Origin: an uncultured Azospirillum sp.
GTDB lineage: Bacteria; Pseudomonadota; Alphaproteobacteria; Rickettsiales; UBA3002
Assembly: GCA_964578965.1 (NCBI GenBank)
Contig: CAZOFC010000002.1
Location: 4,572 to 36,571 of the forward strand
Reading direction: 5' to 3'
Length of the DNA: 32,000 bases
Shown here: piece by piece, positions 18,014 to 23,345 of the stretch
Numbering within the stretch: the first letter of the stretch is position 1
Layout: every line of letters starts with the position of its first letter
The notes under the pieces: generated by a model
Databases searched by the model: none
Told to the model about the DNA's origin: nothing
The model's input: the letters and a program-made list of their open reading frames with translations, nothing else
Program-made: the position numbers and the translations under genes

Positions 18014-18952
18014 ATGCCTCAGACATCACGTCTGGGCTTGCCTTATATTGTCACAAGCCAAGCCCAAAAAGAAGTGACGCACAACGCATCGCTCGACATC
18101 CTCGATGCGCTGCTTCAGGCCGCGATGGTCAGTGTCAGCGTCAACACGCCGCCCGGTTCACCCGTGGCCGGTGATTGCTACATCGTCGGCACATCGCCCA
18201 CGGGCGCATGGGCAAGCCATGCAAAGGCGCTGGCTTATTACACCACCGGCTGGAACTTCATCGCGCCGTGGGAAGGCCTGACCGTATGGGCGAAGGATGC
18301 CAATGCGCTCTATACCTATGATGGCACGAACTGGGGTGTATCGGTTGCCACGCCGACATCGCTGCAAAACCTGTCCATGCTGGGCGTGAACACCACGGCG
18401 GATTCCACGAACAAGCTGGCGGTAGCGAGTGAGGCCATCCTATTTAACCATATCGGCGGCGACCTTCAGATTAAGCTGAACAAGAACGCTGCCGGGAACA
18501 AGGCTGGTTTCCTGTTTCAAACCAACTGGTCGGCGCGTGCGGAATTCGGGCTGCTGGGGGATGACAACTTTACCCTGAAAGTGTCGCCGGATGGTTCGAC
18601 CTTTTATGACTCCCTCAAAATGCTGGCCGGTAGCGGTCGTGCGGCGGTGAAAGCGAATGGCTCCGGCCTGAGCGCGGCTGGCACAACGCAAGGCACGGCC
18701 ACGGTCATCACCAAGCAAACCAACCAGTTCACCACCGTCGCCGCCAGCAGCGGCGCAATCCTGCCTTCGCCGGAGCAAGGGGAATTCATTTTCATCGCTA
18801 ACGCGGGGGCAAATGCCCTGAGTGTTTATCCCGCCTCCGGCCACAGCATCAACGCGCTGGCGAATAATGCCGCGTTCTCGATGGCGGTGGGAAAGAACGC
18901 CCTGTTTTGGGCAGCCACTTCGAGCAAGTGGTACGCGCTCTTAAGTGCCTAA
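18014..18952 (+). CDS. DUF2793-family tail fibre/spike-like protein
   Basis: The N-terminus SRLGLPYIVTSQAQKEVTHNASLDILDAL and GD.YIVG......W......LA.Y..GW.F..P.EG...W match the DUF2793 signature as I remember it. It follows the host-specificity gene. Confidence 0.75.
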   Translation: MPQTSRLGLPYIVTSQAQKEVTHNASLDILDALLQAAMVSVSVNTPPGSPVAGDCYIVGTSPTGAWASHAKALAYYTTGWNFIAPWEGLTVWAKDANALYTYDGTNWGVSVATPTSLQNLSMLGVNTTADSTNKLAVASEAILFNHIGGDLQIKLNKNAAGNKAGFLFQTNWSARAEFGLLGDDNFTLKVSPDGSTFYDSLKMLAGSGRAAVKANGSGLSAAGTTQGTATVITKQTNQFTTVAASSGAILPSPEQGEFIFIANAGANALSVYPASGHSINALANNAAFSMAVGKNALFWAATSSKWYALLSA

Positions 18953-18955
18953 CCC

Positions 18956-18978
18956 AGCCGCCGCAAGGCGGTTTTTTT
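18956..18978 (+). terminator. Rho-independent terminator after the tail module
   Basis: CCGCC-GCAA-GGCGG hairpin (GNRA-type tetraloop, extendable by G-U and A-U pairs) followed by T7, starting 4 nt after the stop codon. Confidence 0.65.
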
Positions 18979-19004
18979 ATGCCTGAACCAAAGGAGAAAA
19001 CGAC

Positions 19005-19232
19005 ATGCCACCCACCGAAGAGAAAGACGTGCAAGCGCAGCTGGCCGTGATGAACACGCAAATCCAAACGCTCACAAAAACCGTGGATGGGTTGGTGGAG
19101 GAAGTGAAGGCGCTCACGGCGCTGGCGAATCAGGGCAAAGGAAGCCTTCGCACGTTGCTGATCGTCGGAGGGCTTTGGACTGGCCTTGTGGCCTTCCTCA
19201 GCTTTGCGGCTGGCAACCTGACTTGGAAATAA
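19005..19232 (+). CDS. Small membrane protein, putative holin or lysis-associated protein
   Basis: 75 aa. N-terminal coiled-coil-like half and a single C-terminal TM (LLIVGGLWTGLVAFLSFAAG). First gene of the lysis cassette, with a strong RBS. No family recognised. Confidence 0.35.
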   Translation: MPPTEEKDVQAQLAVMNTQIQTLTKTVDGLVEEVKALTALANQGKGSLRTLLIVGGLWTGLVAFLSFAAGNLTWK

Positions 19233-19252
19233 CACAACCAATGGAGAATCCT

Positions 19253-19915
19253 ATGACAACGAAAGCAGAACATATCGACACGCTGGCACGCACGCTGTAT
19301 GGCGAGGCCAAACCCCATGACATTCAGGATGCGACCGCCATCGCCTGTGTGGTGATGAACCGGGTGGCGCTCCCGAATTGGCCGGATGACGTAGAATCCG
19401 TGTGCATTCAGCCGTATCAATTCAGCTGCTGGAACACCAGCGACCCGAACCGTGCGCGGATATTCAAGGCCAATGGCGCATGGTTCGATAAATGCGTGCA
19501 GATTGCCATGAAAGCGGTCGATCACCAACTGGTTGACCCCACCAATGCCAGCACGCATTACCACACGCCTGCGGTAAAACCCGCATGGTCGCGGGGCAAG
19601 AAGCCGGTGTATTTCACCAGCGGCCATGTGTTCTTCAACGACATCGATACCAAGCCTCCTGCAAGCGCCAAGGATGCGCTGAACCAGATTAAGCCTATCG
19701 GCAAAACCGATACGATGGTTGCCACCAAGATCGGCGGCGTTGCCAGCGTGGGCATTGGCGCGGTGTCACAGGCCATCGAAACGCTGGAGCCAGCCATGCC
19801 GCTTGCAACGACGCTGGCGCAGGCCGCGCCGTGGGCAATCGTCGCGGTGCTGGCAATGGCGCTGCTTTACATCGCGTGGAGCCGTTACCAAGCCCGGAAG
19901 GAAGGCAAAATATGA
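19253..19915 (+). CDS. Endolysin, SleB-type cell wall hydrolase (Hydrolase_2-like) with a C-terminal transmembrane segment
   Basis: LARTLYGEAKPH...AIACVVMNRV......SVCIQPYQFSCWN is the SleB/CwlJ-type signature. Start chosen at 19253 (GGAGAA RBS 6 nt upstream) rather than 19175, which overlaps the previous gene. C-terminal PWAIVAVLAMALLYIAW. Confidence 0.85.
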   Translation: MTTKAEHIDTLARTLYGEAKPHDIQDATAIACVVMNRVALPNWPDDVESVCIQPYQFSCWNTSDPNRARIFKANGAWFDKCVQIAMKAVDHQLVDPTNASTHYHTPAVKPAWSRGKKPVYFTSGHVFFNDIDTKPPASAKDALNQIKPIGKTDTMVATKIGGVASVGIGAVSQAIETLEPAMPLATTLAQAAPWAIVAVLAMALLYIAWSRYQARKEGKI

Positions 19916-20163
19916 TTGCCACCCTGAAGGCCTTCTTCACCACCAATGCGATGCGTGTGGCCGCGTGGTGCATGGCGGCGCTCTCATTCCTCGGCATTCT
20001 GCTGGCCGCTCGTCGCGCTGGTCGGAATGCCGAGCGAGTGGATGCGCTGGAAAATCAATCCGAAAACGTGAGAAAATCCCATGAAGTCCAAGACAAAAAT
20101 CGTCGCACTCTTGCTGATGGCGACGCTGCTGAACGCCTGCGCGATAAATGGTCGCGTGACTGA
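19912..20163 (+). CDS. i-spanin (Rz-like)
   Basis: 83 aa from ATG 19912 (ATGA overlap with the endolysin stop). N-terminal TM (VAAWCMAALSFLGILLAA) followed by a charged helical periplasmic part. It contains the start of the o-spanin ORF in another frame. Confidence 0.6.
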   Translation: MIATLKAFFTTNAMRVAAWCMAALSFLGILLAARRAGRNAERVDALENQSENVRKSHEVQDKNRRTLADGDAAERLRDKWSRD

Positions 20164-20281
20164 CAGTTTCTGCGCGGTAGGCAGGCCGATTTACATCAGC
20201 AAACAGGACGCGCTAACGGACGGCACGGCGCGGCAAATCCTCGATCATAACGAGGTGGGGCGAAAAATATGCGGCTGGTAA
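20081..20281 (+). CDS. o-spanin (Rz1-like outer-membrane lipoprotein), overlapped architecture
   Basis: 66 aa. Signal peptide with lipobox-like LLNA|C. It starts inside the i-spanin gene in a different frame and extends beyond it. Confidence 0.6.
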   Translation: MKSKTKIVALLLMATLLNACAINGRVTDSFCAVGRPIYISKQDALTDGTARQILDHNEVGRKICGW

Positions 20282-20404
20282 GCTTAGAGCTAACTCCTAA
20301 GTGTGCAATATGGCTTTACGTTTCTTTTATAAAAGATACCTACATATAAAACTGCATTTTTATTAAATTTCCTCATGATTAGCTATCTAACATGGAGGAA
20401 TTTT

Positions 20405-20764
20405 ATGCACCACATCAATAAAGAAATGCGCGAATGTATCCAGCTTTGCTGGGAATGCCGTAGTGAATGCCAGGAAATGCTTTTTAGTCACTGCCTAGAA
20501 ATGGGCGGTAAGCATGTTGAAAAAGAACATGTGAAGCTGATGGCCGATTGTATTCAGGCATGCCAGACCGCTGCCGATTTCATGACGCGCGATTCACAGT
20601 TGCATGCTTCCACCTGTGAAGCCTGCGCCGATGTATGCGACGCATGCGCTGAATCATGCGAGCGCATTGGCGGCGAAGAAATGAAACGCTGTGCAGAACT
20701 ATGCCGCCGCTGTGCGGAAAGCTGCCGCGAAATGGCAAAAACCAAACACAAAAAGGCGGCTTAA
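20405..20764 (+). CDS. Four-helix-bundle Cys-rich copper-binding protein (DUF326 / Csp-like), no signal peptide
   Basis: 119 aa from ATG 20405 (GGAGGA RBS). 16 Cys in repeating CxxxC/CxxC spacing on predicted helices (CIQLCWECRSEC, CIQACQ, CEACADVCDACAESC, CAELCRRCAESC). Confidence 0.85.
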   Translation: MHHINKEMRECIQLCWECRSECQEMLFSHCLEMGGKHVEKEHVKLMADCIQACQTAADFMTRDSQLHASTCEACADVCDACAESCERIGGEEMKRCAELCRRCAESCREMAKTKHKKAA

Positions 20765-20765
20765 T

Positions 20766-21326
20766 ATGAAACAACTTCTCACCGTATCCGCGCTGGCTTT
20801 AACTCTAGCACTTTCACCTACTGCTTATGCCGCAAATGACATGAGCAGCGCTTCTAAAACCACACAGGCCGCAAAAGCGCCATATGACGTGCAATTTCTC
20901 GATACGATGAGCGAGCACCACCGCGATGGTATTAAGATGATGGAGCTGGCGGTAGATAAGGCACAAAGCGCCGATATCAAACAAATGGCACAAAAAGGCA
21001 TTGATGACCAAACCAAGGAAATTGATGAGCTAAAGTCCATGCGTAATTCAGATGCGTCCGAAGCCGTTAATATGAAACTTCCGGGCATGATGCCGAAAGC
21101 TAAAATGGAACAGGATATGGCGAAGCTGGAAAAAGCGTCCGGCAGCGACTTTGATAAACATTTTCTGCAAACGATGATTAAGCACCACGGCGGCGCGGTG
21201 AAAATGTCGGATGACGCGATGGCTAAGGCAAAACGTGATAACGTAAAAACCAAGGCAAAGGAAATTCACGATAAACAAAAGAGCGAAATTTCCGCTATGG
21301 AAAATATGCTTAAAGGAATGAAATGA
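20766..21326 (+). CDS. Periplasmic DUF305-family protein
   Basis: Start at 20766 gives a signal peptide MKQLLTVSALALTLALSPTAYA. There are two DUF305 half-repeats (FLDTMSEHHRDGIKMM and FLQTMIKHHGGAVKMS). Confidence 0.85.
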   Translation: MKQLLTVSALALTLALSPTAYAANDMSSASKTTQAAKAPYDVQFLDTMSEHHRDGIKMMELAVDKAQSADIKQMAQKGIDDQTKEIDELKSMRNSDASEAVNMKLPGMMPKAKMEQDMAKLEKASGSDFDKHFLQTMIKHHGGAVKMSDDAMAKAKRDNVKTKAKEIHDKQKSEISAMENMLKGMK

Positions 21327-21805
21327 AGCATTCCCACGGCGAACATAAACACCACACCATGAAATCGTCCTATAAGCAGCTGGCGGTGATGACGGTTGTG
21401 CATCTTGCCGTCATGTATGTGGCGATGTTTGCGATGATTAATCGCGGTTCGTATTTCTATAATAACACCAATATGTTTTACATGGCGGTGCTGATGGCCG
21501 CGCCGGTTACGTTATTCATGCTTACTTCGATGTGGCATATGTACCCGAACCAGAAGGCAAATATCATTATCGGCATTGCTTTTGCGCTACTTACCATCGC
21601 TTCGTATGGCGCTATCCGGGCGCAAGTTGGCGTGGGTGATAAGCAATTTCTAAGGGCGATGATTCCGCACCATTCCGGCGCAATCCTGATGTGCCGCGAG
21701 GCTAATATCACCGATCAGGAAATCAGCAGCCTGTGCAAAGAAATTATTGACGGTCAGCAACGCGAAATCGACCAGATGGAAGCAATATTTCAGCGATTGA
21801 ATTAA
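21323..21805 (+). CDS. Membrane protein with His-rich N-terminus and a single C-terminal DUF305-like half domain
   Basis: MKHSHGEHKHH, three hydrophobic segments, then FLRAMIPHHSGAILMC....I...Q..EI..ME. ATGA overlap with the upstream gene. Confidence 0.7.
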   Translation: MKHSHGEHKHHTMKSSYKQLAVMTVVHLAVMYVAMFAMINRGSYFYNNTNMFYMAVLMAAPVTLFMLTSMWHMYPNQKANIIIGIAFALLTIASYGAIRAQVGVGDKQFLRAMIPHHSGAILMCREANITDQEISSLCKEIIDGQQREIDQMEAIFQRLN

Positions 21806-22116
21806 TGCTTCATACTTTCATGCTTTTTCTGCATCGACTCCTTTTCAGATTTAGCACAAATTTCGCATTCCTCACCTTCTTTCATTGAAGACATGCCGCC
21901 CTCTTTCATTTTACCCATGCACATTTTGCACATACCGTCCTTGCAGCATTTGCACTCACCATCTTTGCAGCAATCGGCACATTTTCCGTGTTTGCAACAT
22001 TCACATTTTTCACAGCATGGCATTTTCATGTCCATACCAGACATTGAACCACCTTGCGTGTTGGCGCAGGCGGCAACTAAAACCAAGAGTATGACGGGGA
22101 TTATTTTCTTAAACAT
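21802..22116 (-). CDS. Exported Cys/Met-rich lipoprotein, metallothionein-like (no family recognised)
   Basis: 104 aa. Sec/lipoprotein signal MFKKIIPVILLVLVAA|C. The mature part has 15 further Cys, 13 of them within a 33-residue core (CCEKCECCKHGKCADCCKDGECKCCKDGMCKMC), about a dozen Met, and a His/Lys-rich tail. GAGG RBS. Last gene of the merR operon. Confidence 0.7.
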   Translation of the reverse strand: MFKKIIPVILLVLVAACANTQGGSMSGMDMKMPCCEKCECCKHGKCADCCKDGECKCCKDGMCKMCMGKMKEGGMSSMKEGEECEICAKSEKESMQKKHESMKH

Positions 22117-22137
22117 GGCAGCCTCGTTTTTTAGGGG

Positions 22138-22890
22138 TTAAGTGGAATACATCGCCAACAGCATCAATACTGACATGCCGACCATTCCCAAATCCTCCAC
22201 CAGCGTGATGGTGGACATGGGCAGGTTCAGCACCGTGCCAAGGCAGGCGCAGCGAATCTTACGTTTTTCGTGCAGGGCTTGGATAACGCCCAAACTGCTA
22301 AAACCCATCAATGCGATGGAAAAATAAAGAGCGTAAAGTAGCTCATACTGGAAAAGGAATGCCAAGCCTAAGCCAAGCTCAAGGAAGGGATAAACATATC
22401 CATAACTCTTCCAGCGTTTTGCAAGCAAATCATAGGTGGCATAAGCATCACGGAAGCCATTCAGATCCAGCAATTTGAAGAATGAAAATACGATAAAGAA
22501 TCCCGCCATGAAATGCAGCATCCACCCATGCAACCCGAAACCGCCTTTCAACGACACAATCGAAATTAGGCCAATGATGAGCAGCAGTGGATAATAGGTT
22601 GCCAGCCAACTTTTCTGCTCTGCTTCCTTAATGATCGGAACTGTAATCGGCTGGGGCGCTGCCAATTCTTCTTTTAGAGTATAGTCGCCTGCCGTGATGA
22701 TAGCAGCATTAAGGGCGGCCAAATCAGGCAGCGCATCCCCCCGCACTATGGCACGCGGCGGATTGAGTGTGACCTGCACATCATTCACCAGACCTTTTAG
22801 CGCGTCCGTGATTTTCTGCACGCAGGATTGGCAGTGCATACCTTGAATTTGATAGGATTTCCTAGTCACAACAATTTTTTCCTCCACCAC
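22138..22890 (-). CDS. N-terminal heavy-metal-associated (HMA) domain fused to a MauE/DoxX-like polytopic membrane domain
   Basis: YQIQGMHCQSCVQKITDAL is the MxCxxC ferredoxin-like HMA motif. It is followed by 4-5 TM segments and a membrane-proximal RCACLG Cys pair, as I remember for MauE-like proteins. 29-nt overlap with the merR-family gene. Confidence 0.75.
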   Translation of the reverse strand: MVEEKIVVTRKSYQIQGMHCQSCVQKITDALKGLVNDVQVTLNPPRAIVRGDALPDLAALNAAIITAGDYTLKEELAAPQPITVPIIKEAEQKSWLATYYPLLLIIGLISIVSLKGGFGLHGWMLHFMAGFFIVFSFFKLLDLNGFRDAYATYDLLAKRWKSYGYVYPFLELGLGLAFLFQYELLYALYFSIALMGFSSLGVIQALHEKRKIRCACLGTVLNLPMSTITLVEDLGMVGMSVLMLLAMYST

Positions 22891-23302
22891 GGGTGATATA
22901 ATCTAGGATCGGGCAATCGGCGCTGGAGGTGTCATCGCCGGGACATTCTTTCGTAAGTACGAGCAGTGCTTTCTTAACTTCCTTAAGTTCACATATTTTT
23001 TGTTCCGCTTCCGCGATCTTACCAGTGGTATGTTTCAGCACTTCCGCACAAGTTGCTTTATCAGAACGATTCAAAGTGAGCAGCTGGCGGATTTCTTCGA
23101 GTGTGAAGTTGAGTGTTTTTGCACCTTTTATGAATTGCAGGATACGCTCGGCATCTTCGCCATAAATCCGATAGCCAGCCCCAGAACGGCTGGCCGCTTT
23201 AATCAGCCCCATTTTTTCGTAATAGCGGAGCGTATCGGTGCTGATACCAGTACGCTCCGCCAGTTTACCAATCGTCAGAAGTTGAATCGTTTTTTGCCTC
23301 AT
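22862..23302 (-). CDS. MerR-family heavy-metal-responsive transcriptional regulator
   Basis: 146 aa from ATG 23302. HTH LTIGKLAERTGISTDTLRYYEKMGLI. Putative metal ligands are C in DKATCAEV, the loop CPGDDTSSADCP, and C-terminal NCC. The longer ORF start at 23341 would sit upstream of the promoter. Confidence 0.9.
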   Translation of the reverse strand: MRQKTIQLLTIGKLAERTGISTDTLRYYEKMGLIKAASRSGAGYRIYGEDAERILQFIKGAKTLNFTLEEIRQLLTLNRSDKATCAEVLKHTTGKIAEAEQKICELKEVKKALLVLTKECPGDDTSSADCPILDYITRGGGKNCCD

Positions 23303-23309
23303 GACATTC

Positions 23310-23341
23310 AATCTACACCTTGGAGCGTACTCCAAGGTCAA
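23310..23341 (-). promoter_or_regulatory. MerR-type promoter/operator: TTGACC - 20-bp spacer containing a perfect 9-4-9 palindrome - TAGATT
   Basis: The minus strand reads TTGACCTTGGAGTACGCTCCAAGGTGTAGATT. The palindrome ACCTTGGAG/CTCCAAGGT is at 23317-23338. The over-long spacer is the MerR-family hallmark. The -10 ends 7 nt before the merR ATG. Confidence 0.7.
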
Positions 23342-23345
23342 GGGG

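Larger units (their letters stand above)
1..20281 (+). mobile_element. Late arm (accessory enzymes, packaging, head, tail, lysis) of a siphovirus-type phage/prophage; the left end runs off the window and the right end coincides with the composition break after the o-spanin stop
   Basis: Uninterrupted co-directional array of recognisable phage structural and lysis genes with many 4-8 nt start/stop overlaps. Abrupt drop in GC and change of gene content after 20281. No integrase or att repeat is visible in the window. Confidence 0.8.

Noticed and set aside
19175-19252. Longer N-terminal extension of the endolysin ORF (start 19175)
   Set aside because: It would overlap the preceding membrane-protein gene by 58 nt and add a non-homologous leader. 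ATG 19253 has a GGAGAA RBS at correct spacing and begins right at the conserved SleB-type domain.
20375-20404. Upstream starts for the island genes: 20375 for the Csp-like gene, 20691 for DUF305, 19831 for the i-spanin, 23341 for merR
   Set aside because: In each case a downstream ATG has a better RBS or yields the expected N-terminus (signal peptide, HTH, TM). For merR, the longer form would begin upstream of its own promoter elements.
20282-20404. Possible tRNA fragment or att core at the prophage/island junction
   Set aside because: I could not fold any cloverleaf or recognise a tRNA 3' end. The only dyad present fits a MerR-operator-like sequence better. With only one phage end in the window, no direct repeat can be tested.
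21802-21805. Overlapping convergent stop codons (TTAA) of the DUF305 membrane gene and the Cys-rich lipoprotein gene
   Set aside because: The overlap is real, but it is probably only a compact convergent junction. It is mentioned under the Csp/DUF305 finding rather than treated as a feature of its own.
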